The notes: generated from the sequence alone by a model not told the origin. A DNA stretch of 49,690 nucleotides from Candidatus Zixiibacteriota bacterium (GCA_036170655.1 JAVHPP010000050.1:1-49690), one strand, 5' to 3'. Shown: positions 18,831-29,552, numbered from the stretch's first letter. Numbers and translations: made by a program.

Positions 18831-19087
18831 GCACACCTCCGGTCTTCTATGTCAACGATAGCGTGGGGCGGTGTGGCTGGCAATGGCGATCTCCGTCAGG
18901 GTGTCTGATGCGGCCCCCGCATCGAAGGGCCGGGCGACACTCTCTCCTGCCGGGCACCGACCAAACACGACAAGCATGGTTCACACTCTTCATTGAAGCA
19001 GGTGGCGAAAGCGTGTGTGATAACTTGACTGACAGCGGGAAGCACAGGTAACTTGTCATCCACGGGGCTATTTACGGGAGGTCAACT

Positions 19088-20452
19088 TTGCGTGCATTGA
19101 CAGGTATTCTTGTTGTGGCGGTGTTATTGGCCGGTTGCGGCGATGAGACAACAATCAACAACTACTACCTGACTCCCAACGGCGCCATCACAGGCTGGAT
19201 TACCCCAGTCGATCCGGGGACAACGGTGATGACAGCCGACAGCGCCCATGTCGCTCTGATCGACGCCAATGGATTCTTCCTGCTCGATTCTCTCTCCCCG
19301 GGTATCTACCACATTGTTGTCCGTCCACTTCATTACTCCCGGCGTGAATTCACTGGAATTACGGTCATTGCGGCCTTGGCACAATCTTTGGGTAAGATCA
19401 AGCTGGCAACCCTGCCCTATCCGGTGTTTATGACGAAACCGGCTGACGGCGACGATTCTGTCAGTACGAATGCGTACATCTACCTGTACGCCGACGAACC
19501 GTTGAACTTGGATGATCTTGTTGCGGCCGCGTCGTTCACGCCGCCGCTGCAGGGAACGTGGCAAGGGAAGGGAGAATTCCCCAAGGAACTATTCGTCGTG
19601 ACCGCTCAACCAATTCCCGGCGTGATTCCGTCGTCACCTGGGGTCCAACCTCCTGCCGCCGAGGGGCTGTCGATGGCTGTTGGTGGAGCGTCGTATTTCT
19701 TCCAGCCATCGGAGCCGATGCGTCTCAGCACAACCTACCATGTTCGCATACCATCATCGGTGCGAACGCTGAGTGGGGATTCGCTGGAAGCACCTCTTTC
19801 ATTTCAGTTTGCCACAGAACCGCTGGGATTCACCATGCCGCATTTTGGTGAGGGAATCATGGGGGGTGTGCCTCTATGGAGCTTCAGCCTGATGATGAAC
19901 TTCAATGCGGAAGTGGACGTGGATTCTCTGGTGAAGGCCGTGTCCTTCACGCCGCCGATCGAAGGGATCTGGGTGGACGTTGGGACTGCTTATCGGGGGG
20001 TCTACTACGAGTTCCTGCCCACCATGGGTAGTCCTCTGCAGGCGCAGACGGAATACATGATGATCGTCCGCGATGACGTGGCGCTGGTCGATGACCTGCG
20101 GCTGCAAAGACCCGATACAGTCCGGTTCACGACGGAGCCCTATGGTGTCATCGACGCCTACCCGCGCAATGGCTCCCGTGTCTACAATCCATTCCACACA
20201 ATTGGTCTCAGTTTCAACGCGGAGATGGACACTTTATCGCTCCGGACGGCGTTCAGCATGTACGATGTTGCCACCGACACGGTCGTGACGGGTTTCTTCC
20301 GGTGGGCGATCGGGACACGGCGCATGGCGTTTGACATCAGTGGGGATTTGCGGACGGGCGCCGTCTACCGCTATACTCTGGGTCGCGCGGCGCAGACGGC
20401 GTCAGGACAGGCGTTGACACACGACTTCACGGCCGTTTTTGCCGTAGAATAG
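19088..20452 (+). CDS. Lipoprotein with a carboxypeptidase-regulatory-like domain and three Ig-like (Big_5-type) domains
   Basis: Lipobox LAGC with TTG start after GGAGG. Repeated 'P.DG/NG...F...(M/V)D..S...SFTPP..G.W...F.TEP' units. Confidence 0.75.
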   Translation: MRALTGILVVAVLLAGCGDETTINNYYLTPNGAITGWITPVDPGTTVMTADSAHVALIDANGFFLLDSLSPGIYHIVVRPLHYSRREFTGITVIAALAQSLGKIKLATLPYPVFMTKPADGDDSVSTNAYIYLYADEPLNLDDLVAAASFTPPLQGTWQGKGEFPKELFVVTAQPIPGVIPSSPGVQPPAAEGLSMAVGGASYFFQPSEPMRLSTTYHVRIPSSVRTLSGDSLEAPLSFQFATEPLGFTMPHFGEGIMGGVPLWSFSLMMNFNAEVDVDSLVKAVSFTPPIEGIWVDVGTAYRGVYYEFLPTMGSPLQAQTEYMMIVRDDVALVDDLRLQRPDTVRFTTEPYGVIDAYPRNGSRVYNPFHTIGLSFNAEMDTLSLRTAFSMYDVATDTVVTGFFRWAIGTRRMAFDISGDLRTGAVYRYTLGRAAQTASGQALTHDFTAVFAVE

Positions 20453-20541
20453 TGTTGCCGGGCTGATGTTCCCCCGTTCAGGAGGATGGGGAAACGAAAG
20501 CAGACGAAAACGGTCAACAAAATCACAAGGAGGATGAAACC

Positions 20542-21072
20542 ATGGAGTTGTGTGAATCGTTGAAGGCCGAACATGACGTGATTCTCCATGTCATAGATTC
20601 CATTGAAAGGGAAGCGGCGCAGGTCGAAGCCGGTGGCGACGTCAGGCACGAGTTCTTTGCCGATGCAATCGCCTTTGTCCGCGAGTTTGCCGACGGAGTG
20701 CATCATCAGAAGGAAGAAAAGATTCTCTTTCCACGGATGGTCGAGGCTGGTGTTCCCAAAGAGGGAGGACCAATCGGCGTCATGCTCTACGAGCACGATG
20801 AGGGCCGGGCCCACATCCGTGCCATGAATGCCGCGCTGCCCCAAGCCGCTGGCGATGGCGAAGCCCGTCGCGTGCTTATCCGCGAGGCGCGCGGATATGT
20901 CAGTCTCCTGCGTGCGCACATTGAGAAGGAAAACATGATCCTTTTTCCCATGGCGGATCGTGTGTTTGATCAGGCCGAGAAGAGCGCGATCCGGGAGGCA
21001 TTCACGGAGGCCGAGACCAATGACCGGCAGGTCACAGAGAAGCGACGCCAGTGGGCGGAGGCTCTGCGCTGA
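20542..21072 (+). CDS. Hemerythrin (HHE) domain protein
   Basis: EH, HHQKEE..LFP, GGPIGVMLYEH..GR and HIEKENMILFPMA. Confidence 0.92.
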   Translation: MELCESLKAEHDVILHVIDSIEREAAQVEAGGDVRHEFFADAIAFVREFADGVHHQKEEKILFPRMVEAGVPKEGGPIGVMLYEHDEGRAHIRAMNAALPQAAGDGEARRVLIREARGYVSLLRAHIEKENMILFPMADRVFDQAEKSAIREAFTEAETNDRQVTEKRRQWAEALR

Positions 21073-21248
21073 AAAAGTTCAGTTTGCGATGCCTGGCATG
21101 ACGGCTCGAACCCATGAGCAGAACACGAGACGGCATGACCGGTGCAGAGTCATTTCCATGTGGCGGTGAAGCAGCCGGAAGCACCGATGGCGGCTGGAGG
21201 ACAGCAGTCCGGCGCATCGCCGGGCTCCCTTTCTGCGGTCATCGGTCG

Positions 21249-22376
21249 TCACAGAGGCATCTCATACATGCGGTACGTCTTGTACCGCTTGTGCCCGAGG
21301 TTCTCGGCGACCCGGTTCATCATATCATTTGTTTCGAGAATCCAGGACGTCTCTGCCGCGTGATAACCTGCTGCCGGTCCGCGCAAATAGGTTTCGTGAT
21401 ACAGGAGATTGTCGATACCGCGCTTTTGGTATTCCGGGAGCACGCCCATGACCAGCACGCGCACCTGCGAGACGGTCTTCCGGACTTTCAGCAGCCACAA
21501 GAGTTTGATCAGACCAAATGGCAGCAGCCGTCCCTTGAGATGGATTAACACCTGGTTGATGTCGGGGAGCGCCAGAGAAAAACCCACGGGCTGGCCATCG
21601 ACTTCGGCAAAGTAGACCAGGCGCGGGTCCACGATCTGTTTGAGATCCTTTGCCAGGTGAAAGAACTCGGCGTCGGTCATCGGCACGAACCCCCAGTTCG
21701 GCGCCCACGCACGATCGTAGATGGATTTGACCAGCCGTACTTCATCGTCAAACCGCGTCATGTTGATCGTCCGGATTGTGGCGCCCGATCGTTCGCGGAT
21801 GCGTTCGATCAGCCGGCTGACACGATCGGGAATTGGCACAGAGTCGTGCGCGTAGTAAGCGTAGAAGTCCATGACCTTGGTCAGCCCGAAGCGCTCGGCA
21901 AATTCGAGATAGTACGGCGGGTTGTAGGTCATCATCACAACAGGAGGGCTGTCGAAGCCATCGACCAGGAACGCGATTTCGTGATTTGTTGTGAAGTTGG
22001 CCGGGCCGCGCATACGTTCCATGCCACGGTCCTTTAGCCACTGGGTGGCCTGCCTGTACAATGCCTCGGCAATGTCATAGTCTTTCTCACATTCGAAGAA
22101 GCCAAAGAATCCCGTTTTCTCGTTGTGCACCTCGTTGTGCCGGTGATACACGTGGGCTGTGATCCGCCCGACACAGCGACCGTCGCGGCGGGCGAGAAAC
22201 AACTGCACGTCGGCGTTGTCGAAGAATGGATTCTTCTTGGGATCAAAGAAGTCCCGCCGCTCGATTCGCAGGGGACAGACCCAATGCGGATCATTTGCGT
22301 AGAGGCGTTCCGGCAGGCGCAGGAAGGCCTTCTTTTCAGCGGCCGTGGTGACAGGAATGATCTCGACAGGACTCAT
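21249..22376 (-). CDS. GNAT-family N-acetyltransferase (YghO-like)
   Basis: WVCPL, VGRITA, FFGFFE, YNPPYY, NWGFVP, GVLPEYQKRG and SWILETN. Confidence 0.88.
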   Translation of the reverse strand: MSPVEIIPVTTAAEKKAFLRLPERLYANDPHWVCPLRIERRDFFDPKKNPFFDNADVQLFLARRDGRCVGRITAHVYHRHNEVHNEKTGFFGFFECEKDYDIAEALYRQATQWLKDRGMERMRGPANFTTNHEIAFLVDGFDSPPVVMMTYNPPYYLEFAERFGLTKVMDFYAYYAHDSVPIPDRVSRLIERIRERSGATIRTINMTRFDDEVRLVKSIYDRAWAPNWGFVPMTDAEFFHLAKDLKQIVDPRLVYFAEVDGQPVGFSLALPDINQVLIHLKGRLLPFGLIKLLWLLKVRKTVSQVRVLVMGVLPEYQKRGIDNLLYHETYLRGPAAGYHAAETSWILETNDMMNRVAENLGHKRYKTYRMYEMPL

Positions 22377-22496
22377 GTTGTCTTCATTGCAGAATGTTCA
22401 CGGGCACAAATCCAAGCTCATTTCCCGGCAAAACGTCATCCCACCTACGGGAAATCGGCGAAAAAAGGCAATGGGAATCGGCCGGTGTGCCTGGAT

Positions 22497-24491
22497 CTAT
22501 CCCGTGGTTTTCAGGAGCGCCGTGAGTTTCGCGGCGTCCTCTTGCAGGATGCGCATCTGTTCAGCATGATTGTGCGTCCCACGTGAGCCGTCGACTTCGA
22601 GCGCCCGAAGGTGGCGACGGATCGGTTCCAGGGCGGTCTCCCGTTCCGATGTTGTTGGTGCGGCTCCAACTTGAGCGACAAGAGAGTCGACTGTTTGCCG
22701 CAGGGACGCAAACTCCGCGAGCCATTGGCGGTGGCGGTCGGCGTATGTGTTGTCATGACAATCGGCGCACCGTTGCGATGGCGGCCGGACAATCTCGTGG
22801 TCAGGCCGCTCGTGGCAATCACGGCAGGTGGCACCCGCGGCAATCATCACGTCGGGTGTGCCCGCCGGCAGGTCATTGGATTTCGCGTTCAAGATTGCCT
22901 CTTGGGTCGTATGGCAGTATCCGCATGACCGCTCGGTCTGCGAGTGGTGGCAGGCGAGGCAGTCGCTCTTCTGCACGATGAGTTCACCGTGCCGGCGCTG
23001 GTTCGAATGGCACCGGGTGCACGTTTGCTGCGCGTTGATGAGGTGGCGTCGGTGTGAATACGTCAGCCCAAAAATCTGCGCATTGATCTCTTCGATGCCG
23101 AGGTGGCAGTTGATGCAGTTCGACGGGACAACTCCGCTTTCCCTCTGAATTTCCGTCAGCTCGTACCCCGGTTTCGCCATCTTGTAGAATTGGCCCAAGC
23201 GGCTGTAAGCGGCGTCCAACAGCCGGTCGGCGTACATGATGTTGTGAATCGGTTTGCCCTGGTGGACCATGTCATAGTTGTACTTCGCCTCGCGCAGGAG
23301 CGAGTCGGCTGCCGGAATGGCCCTCAGGTGACGGGAAACCGTAATCAGTTCGGTGGCGTCGGCCAACGCCCGTCCAACCAAATCCAGTTTATTCTGTGCG
23401 GATTTCTTCCAGTTGTCCAGAAGCCGGCCGTAGCCTTTCCCGTGGCATGATTCGCAGCTTTCGCCGGATGCAATGAACGTCTTGCCTGTGAACCCGACGC
23501 TGTCGGTCGTGGTGTGTACGATGTGGCATCCCTGACAGGAAATGCCCTTTGCGTACATGGGGTTGGGCTGGTCTGGCACACCAATCCCCCCATGACCGGT
23601 GAACAGGTCCTTCTGTGCCTCGTGGAATCCTTCGTGACAGGTTTGACACTCGGGGATCACTCTGTCCTTGAACGTCGATTTATGCTGCATGGAGAGGTGG
23701 CACTGATTGCATTCGATCTTGTGTTCCGTAATGTGCTTCGAATGCATCAGAGCTGTGCTATCGTACTGATTCAACCGTTCGCGGTCCCAGTGACACGAGT
23801 AACAGCGTTCACGCGGCACCGCGCCGTCACCGACGACCATGGTGCCATGGCATTTGACACAGTCGATCTGTCGCCGGATGACCTCCATGTGGTCGAACTT
23901 CGGTGGTTCCTGTCCGGCCACGGTAGTTGGCGGATCGTGGCAGATTGTGCAGCGGGCCTTGTTGTTCCCCTGTTCGTCGAGCTTGAAGTGGCAGATAATG
24001 CAACTGTTCTCCGTGACCGTCATGTGTTCGCCCTGCACAATCTGGGAATGACAAGATGTGCACCGGAGCTTCTTGCCTCGTCGCATCTCCACCAGGTGGG
24101 GGGTGTGGTCGAAGTTGACCTTCTTGAACATCACCCGTCCGTGCAGGAGCCGCTCCGCGTGGCAACCGGATCGCAGGCAGGACTCGTCGAAGATTTCGGC
24201 CCACGGTTTCGACCGGCGGTACGAGTTCGTCCAGTATTTCACGAGTTGATTGAGGTCGCGCAGCTTTCCCTTGACGACGTTCGAGTATCCCGGTTCATAG
24301 TGGCATTCACGGCAGGGAACGTTGTGATGTGACGATGAAGCCCAGGCATCGTAAAAGGGCTGCATGTAGTGACAGGTTGTGCAGAAATCCGACCGGTTGG
24401 TGAATTGCACGGCCCCGACAAACAGCAGTGCGGCAGCCAGCCCCGCGATCAGCGCCCCCAGTCCCGCTCGACGAATCCAAACCCTGGTCAT
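22497..24491 (-). CDS. Membrane-anchored multiheme cytochrome c with an N-terminal NapC/NirT-like domain (17 CXXCH + 1 CX4CH)
   Basis: N-terminal TM helix followed by 'T...FCTTCHYM.P.Y..W..SSH..V.C.ECH'. Motifs counted by hand. Confidence 0.9.
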   Translation of the reverse strand: MTRVWIRRAGLGALIAGLAAALLFVGAVQFTNRSDFCTTCHYMQPFYDAWASSSHHNVPCRECHYEPGYSNVVKGKLRDLNQLVKYWTNSYRRSKPWAEIFDESCLRSGCHAERLLHGRVMFKKVNFDHTPHLVEMRRGKKLRCTSCHSQIVQGEHMTVTENSCIICHFKLDEQGNNKARCTICHDPPTTVAGQEPPKFDHMEVIRRQIDCVKCHGTMVVGDGAVPRERCYSCHWDRERLNQYDSTALMHSKHITEHKIECNQCHLSMQHKSTFKDRVIPECQTCHEGFHEAQKDLFTGHGGIGVPDQPNPMYAKGISCQGCHIVHTTTDSVGFTGKTFIASGESCESCHGKGYGRLLDNWKKSAQNKLDLVGRALADATELITVSRHLRAIPAADSLLREAKYNYDMVHQGKPIHNIMYADRLLDAAYSRLGQFYKMAKPGYELTEIQRESGVVPSNCINCHLGIEEINAQIFGLTYSHRRHLINAQQTCTRCHSNQRRHGELIVQKSDCLACHHSQTERSCGYCHTTQEAILNAKSNDLPAGTPDVMIAAGATCRDCHERPDHEIVRPPSQRCADCHDNTYADRHRQWLAEFASLRQTVDSLVAQVGAAPTTSERETALEPIRRHLRALEVDGSRGTHNHAEQMRILQEDAAKLTALLKTTG

Positions 24492-24530
24492 ATTTCCGAT
24501 TCTCTTTCCAGAACGCTGATGGGTACGGTT

Positions 24531-27341
24531 TTAACGATACCCGAATACTTCCGCCCAAATGATCAGCAAAATTAGCGCCAGACCCAGTGACAGTGCTATC
24601 CCGCCAAAAACCCTCAAGCCGCGCACGACCATTGATGGCAGCGGCTCGGCCAGATGCTTATCCAGCTCGTTGGCGGCCACCAGGGCTTCGTACTCACGTG
24701 GCCGGTCGGTCTTGAACTCCTCCAGCGGCACACGTCCCGTGAAGATCACCGTGTCCATGGGGAACTTGTCCGGCCGGAAGTGCGTGTTGAAGAAATGCAC
24801 CGTGAAGATGAATCCGACCGCAAGGAGCGCCTCATCTGAGTGGATAATGGTTGCGATATTGATGAATGGACCCGGCAGGATCCGTGTAAAGAGCTCGGGA
24901 AACCACAGGAGCAGTCCGGTACAGCCGATGACCATGACGCCCCAGAAGACGGCAAAATAGTCGAATTTCTCCCAGTATGTCCACCGCCCATAGGCCGGAC
25001 GCGGGCCCAGCCCGATGAACCACTTGAAGGTGGCTATGAATTCCCGCCCGTCGGTCCGGTTTGGCAGCATAGAGGTCGGGCCAGTGAGGAATCCCTTCCA
25101 TGTTTTTCCTGCAGCGCGCTTCTGACGGATGACGTCTGCAATATGTGCACCAAAATAGAAGAAAGTGATCAACGCACAGATGCGATGGATGTATCCTGCC
25201 GATTCGAATCCCCCTAGGATGCGCGACATCCAGCGCGCCCACTCCAAGTACGAGAATTTCAACGTCATGCCGGTGAGCGCCAGCCCCAGGAAACTGACTA
25301 TGACGAGGATGTGCAGCTGACGCTGACGGCGTGTGAACCGCCGGTACTCGAGCCCGTGCGATTCGACCGCTTGCCGGCGGCGCTGCTTCATAGTCTGGAA
25401 GGCGCGTGGGAGCCACAAGATCGTATGTGCACCCGCAACGATCAGTGTGCCCACGAGCAGGGACGTCATGAACCAGAATGTGTAGAACAGCGCCGGATAC
25501 TTGCGCCGGTCGTGATGGGTGGCGTGTGTCAGATAGCCGGCGAACTGGCGATGGGAACCGGGATGACACTGGCCGCAGGTCTTGACGATATTCTGGCGGG
25601 ATAGGTGCGACCTCGGATCATCGGGGGGCAGGATGTCGTGGGACCCGTGGCAATCGTAGCACTTGGCCGCCGCCGTGTATCCCAACTTGGACACCTTGCC
25701 GTGGAATGTTTCGAAGTACGTCGCGGTGACGTCTGCGTGGCAGCGGCCGCACTGATTCATGATGCTGAGTTTGAACCCTTCGTTATCCGTGCGGGTGATC
25801 GTGTGCGATGAATGGCATTCATTGCAAACCGGAAGCGGTTTGTCTGTTTTGGCGACGGTCGGCGAATGGATACTCTGCGTGAACTGCTCGAAGATGCCGT
25901 TGTGGCAGCGCGCGCATGTTTGCGCAACATTGTTGCGGTTGACGCTGGATGCGGGATCAGTGTGCGGCAACTCATGGTGCGCCGTGTGGCAGTCCGTGCA
26001 CATAGCCGTGACCACCAGCCCGCTTTCCAGCAGTCCCTTCCCGTGAATACTTTCCACGTAGTGGCTGACGATGTTGCGCTCACTCCCCGTGTAGCGAACG
26101 GCTGCTTTGTTCCCCTCGCGATGGCATTGGCCGCACAAGTCCGGCACATGCGTGGGATAAGTAGGGGAGTGGATATCGCGGCGGGCGCGTATCCCGTGGG
26201 TTCCATGGCAATCGCGACAAATTGGCGCCATCGGATCACCACGGTCGGCCAATTTGCCGTGAGTGCTGGCTGCATAGGTCTTGACCACCTCCGCATGGCA
26301 GATGGAACAGTCGACCTTGCCGGTAATCGTGGCGCAGGGGCGCTCTGCGACGGGGCTGGCGCCGGTGTGACACTGCGCGCACGCCGTGCTGTGGTGAATG
26401 GAATTACGGACCTCGACCGTATCGATGGTCAAAGAGATCGTATCTTTGTCTCGAATGGTCGTGAGTCCCGGTTTGACATGGCATGCCATGCAGTCGCGAT
26501 CGGCCATCCCCAATTCATAAAAGATCTTTCGCACACGGTGAGGGGAATGGCAGTCGACGCATACTGGGACCTTGCCGGGCTGGCGTTTCCACAGTTCCCC
26601 GCGAATGACTTTCTGGTGAACCTGTTCAATCAGCCCGTGACACTTCTCGCACGTCTTCGGAACATTGTCGCGAGAGATGCTCGACCGTGGATCGGTGTGT
26701 GGCAGCACGTTGTGAGCCGTATGGCAGTCGGAGCATACCGCTGTGACCGTCAGCCCGCGTTTGAACAGACCCTCGCCGTGCATACTCTCGGAATAGTGTG
26801 TGAGAATACTGTCCTGAGGGATGTCATAAGTTCTTGTAACCGCGGTCCCTTCCTTGTGGCAGCGTCCGCAGACATAAGGGACATTGAATTTGGCGACACG
26901 GGACTCCGGTGATTGAACTCGCGCGATGTCATGTGACCCGTGGCAATCCCAGCACTGGGGCGCCAGTTTAACGCCAGTCTCGGCCAGCTTCCCATGCACA
27001 CTGCCTTCGTAGATGCCGGCAATGTCCTCATGGCAGGATGCACACGCCACCGGTGCAAGTTTGGTCTTGTGAGGGAAGTCTGTTCCTGACAGATCAGTGT
27101 GACATGTCACGCAATCGAGGTCACCGTGAATGGACTTGCGAAACGCATCGCGATCGACGAAGAGCGACGTTTGGTGGCCGGGACGCTCCGATTTCAAACT
27201 GGGGTCCTCGTGGCAACTCAGACAATCATCAGCGGATTGCGCGTACACGACATGGCAGGCCGCACAAGCCGTCATGGCCACGACAATCCATGTCACAATC
27301 TGTACCATCTTCGTCGAATATCGTCTCAGACCAGCGATCAT
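24531..27341 (-). CDS. CbcL-like fusion: periplasmic multiheme c domain (19 CXXCH) plus C-terminal diheme cytochrome b (FdnI/HydC-type)
   Basis: 19 CXXCH after the signal peptide, plus one CAACH inside it. The b-domain has QLH..VSF..L.LTG, IHRIC, WEKFDYFAVFWG, IHSDEALLA and VHFFN. Confidence 0.92.
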   Translation of the reverse strand: MIAGLRRYSTKMVQIVTWIVVAMTACAACHVVYAQSADDCLSCHEDPSLKSERPGHQTSLFVDRDAFRKSIHGDLDCVTCHTDLSGTDFPHKTKLAPVACASCHEDIAGIYEGSVHGKLAETGVKLAPQCWDCHGSHDIARVQSPESRVAKFNVPYVCGRCHKEGTAVTRTYDIPQDSILTHYSESMHGEGLFKRGLTVTAVCSDCHTAHNVLPHTDPRSSISRDNVPKTCEKCHGLIEQVHQKVIRGELWKRQPGKVPVCVDCHSPHRVRKIFYELGMADRDCMACHVKPGLTTIRDKDTISLTIDTVEVRNSIHHSTACAQCHTGASPVAERPCATITGKVDCSICHAEVVKTYAASTHGKLADRGDPMAPICRDCHGTHGIRARRDIHSPTYPTHVPDLCGQCHREGNKAAVRYTGSERNIVSHYVESIHGKGLLESGLVVTAMCTDCHTAHHELPHTDPASSVNRNNVAQTCARCHNGIFEQFTQSIHSPTVAKTDKPLPVCNECHSSHTITRTDNEGFKLSIMNQCGRCHADVTATYFETFHGKVSKLGYTAAAKCYDCHGSHDILPPDDPRSHLSRQNIVKTCGQCHPGSHRQFAGYLTHATHHDRRKYPALFYTFWFMTSLLVGTLIVAGAHTILWLPRAFQTMKQRRRQAVESHGLEYRRFTRRQRQLHILVIVSFLGLALTGMTLKFSYLEWARWMSRILGGFESAGYIHRICALITFFYFGAHIADVIRQKRAAGKTWKGFLTGPTSMLPNRTDGREFIATFKWFIGLGPRPAYGRWTYWEKFDYFAVFWGVMVIGCTGLLLWFPELFTRILPGPFINIATIIHSDEALLAVGFIFTVHFFNTHFRPDKFPMDTVIFTGRVPLEEFKTDRPREYEALVAANELDKHLAEPLPSMVVRGLRVFGGIALSLGLALILLIIWAEVFGYR

Positions 27342-27387
27342 GCGGGGTCATCCCATCGATGCAGGATAGCCGTGACCGTGAGACGCT

Positions 27388-29424
27388 TCATGCACGAGGT
27401 TCCGTCTCTGTCCTCTCCGGATCGGTTGTCCCGGTGGCCTGGTCTGTCGGTTGCGGGCCGGCCATTCGCCGGTACCAAGCGGGATGCTTCTCCCGGAGGA
27501 TGTGCTCTGTCATTTTGCCGTCCATCCAGGTCAGGCTCATCGGGAACTCATCGGGATGGAAGATAACAAAGAAGAAGTGCCACACGATGATTGCGAGGGT
27601 CGCCAGCCACGCCTCGTAGTAATGAACGGTCTCCGACGCAATGACCACCCAGCTTGGCATCATCCGTGTGAAGGCCTCGGGAAACCACAAGACCAGGCCG
27701 GTGGCGATCATCACGACCGTGCCCCAGACCAGTGCCCAATACTCCGCCTTCTCCGTGTAGTCGTAGCGGTCGAAGTCTGGTTTGACCGGAGACCATCCAA
27801 GATGGTGGCGTATGTTCTGCCATGCCTGCCGGACGTCCGACAGTCTTGGGATCAGATGATAGAGTTCCGTGCGTCCACGACGGGTGGCCATGAGAAACAC
27901 CACGTGGTAGGCCGCCGCCCCCGTCATGAGCATTGCCGCCACCCGATGAATGACCCCGCGGATGCCTTCGGTCAGACCAACGAAGTTCATCGGTCGCGAC
28001 CACCATGCGTCCGGGAAGCGCAGAGCGAATCCGGTGATGACCAGAATGATGAAGGACAGCGCTAACGTGATGTGCTGTATCACCATGCTGCGCGAGAAAC
28101 GTTCATAGGTGACCTGAGTGACCTCTGTTTGCCTCTTGCGGCGGATGTAGTGGAGGATGATGATCCCATTGTGCAACGCCATCCCGCCGATCAACACCAC
28201 GATGAGCGGGATATAGATCGTCTCGATGATCCCCTTTAAGCTGTCGCGCGCGCCGAGGACCGCTTCGTGCGTGTAGGAGGCCGCGAATGTTGCGGTGGCC
28301 TTCGGATGACACTTCTGGCAGGTGGCGACAATGTGTCCCGGTGCAATGGAACTGGCGGGGTTAGTCGATGGGAGAATATCGTGGGCACGGTGACAACTGA
28401 TGCAGTTGGCGGCCTTTGTGGAGCCGCGGCGGATCGCCATGCCGTGATAGGAGTCCTGATAGCTTGAGATGCGTCCGCCCTTGAGTCCGTACTTGGCGAC
28501 CAGATCACGGTTGTTGTGACATTTGGCGCAGACGTAATCCGAGAGATTCGTGACGTTCACCGGCGAGTCCGGCCCGGATGGCGCCAGAATCTCGTGCTCG
28601 CCATGGCAGTCGGTGCAATTCGGTGAGTCCGTCACGCCACCCGCGAGCGCTTGCCCATGAATTCCACGACGGTACTGCGCGTAGATCTCGCCGTGACACT
28701 GGCCACACGTTGCGGGAATGTTGTACTTATTGACCTTTGACTGCGGATCGCTTGCACGCTTCAGATCGTGCGTACCGTGACAGCTGTTGCAAGTGGCGGC
28801 GCTCAGCACGCCTTCGTTGATCCGCTGGGAATGTATCCCTCCGAGATAACGCCCGTATGCATCCACCAGACGCACATCGGTGCCCGCACCGGCTGCCAGG
28901 CGGCTGTGGCACGCCGCGCACGTGCGGGGGAGATTCTGCGGGTGGACCATCGACTGCTTGTCGCTCGCTGGGCGGATGTCGTGCGTGCCATGGCAGGAGG
29001 CGCAGGTCGGGGCCACAACGTCGCCGTGACGTTGCGCCGCCGCCTGCCCGTGCCAACTCGTCGCGAATTGCGCCGCAATGTCCTCGTGGCATGATCCGCA
29101 GTGGACCGGCGCCAGTTTCTCGGCGTGAGGGAAATCCGTGACGTTGGCCAGTTCGGAATGACAATCCACACAGGTCATGCCGCCATGTGAAGACGCAGCC
29201 AGCGTCTGCCCGGTGACGACCAGAGACTCAGCCCGACTTCCCTGATCCTCGAATAGGGAACGGTCCGCATGACAATCATCGCACGCGACACCACCAGCCA
29301 ACGCGGCTCTTGTGCACACAAACATGATCAAGAGCAGGAGTTTGCACAGATTGCCGGCCAGCCGTGTCGTGGCGGCTAAGGCTGCCCATCGCCGTGTGAT
29401 CCAGTTATCGCCTGATCGGGACAT
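27388..29424 (-). CDS. CbcL-like fusion: 11 CXXCH plus C-terminal cytochrome b
   Basis: 11 CXXCH, then QH..L..SF..L.ITG, IHRVAA, EKAEYWALVWG, VHYYEAWLA and WHFFFV. Confidence 0.92.
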   Translation of the reverse strand: MSRSGDNWITRRWAALAATTRLAGNLCKLLLLIMFVCTRAALAGGVACDDCHADRSLFEDQGSRAESLVVTGQTLAASSHGGMTCVDCHSELANVTDFPHAEKLAPVHCGSCHEDIAAQFATSWHGQAAAQRHGDVVAPTCASCHGTHDIRPASDKQSMVHPQNLPRTCAACHSRLAAGAGTDVRLVDAYGRYLGGIHSQRINEGVLSAATCNSCHGTHDLKRASDPQSKVNKYNIPATCGQCHGEIYAQYRRGIHGQALAGGVTDSPNCTDCHGEHEILAPSGPDSPVNVTNLSDYVCAKCHNNRDLVAKYGLKGGRISSYQDSYHGMAIRRGSTKAANCISCHRAHDILPSTNPASSIAPGHIVATCQKCHPKATATFAASYTHEAVLGARDSLKGIIETIYIPLIVVLIGGMALHNGIIILHYIRRKRQTEVTQVTYERFSRSMVIQHITLALSFIILVITGFALRFPDAWWSRPMNFVGLTEGIRGVIHRVAAMLMTGAAAYHVVFLMATRRGRTELYHLIPRLSDVRQAWQNIRHHLGWSPVKPDFDRYDYTEKAEYWALVWGTVVMIATGLVLWFPEAFTRMMPSWVVIASETVHYYEAWLATLAIIVWHFFFVIFHPDEFPMSLTWMDGKMTEHILREKHPAWYRRMAGPQPTDQATGTTDPERTETEPRA

Positions 29425-29552
29425 CGTTATCTCAGGGAGTCAGCCAGCCAAGACCGGCTGACCGTCAGTCTCGGAGGAGGGAACAGCCGTTCTCCGGAAG
29501 CAGGCGGTACATTCATCACGGGCCCAAATATAAGGGAGCGCCCCGGTCACAC

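Noticed and set aside
18879..18915. GGCAATGG...CTGATG resembling a fluoride riboswitch
   Set aside because: The P1 and pseudoknot pairings are absent and the downstream gene is unrelated.
25812..26912. 366-aa plus-strand ORF and similar ORFs across the cytochrome cluster
   Set aside because: The recurrent 'MAV/VAG' patterns are simply the reverse complement of CXXCH codons.
27249..27266. CAACH near the N-terminus of the 19-heme c/b fusion
   Set aside because: It lies within the predicted signal peptide before VYA-Q, so it was not counted as a heme site.
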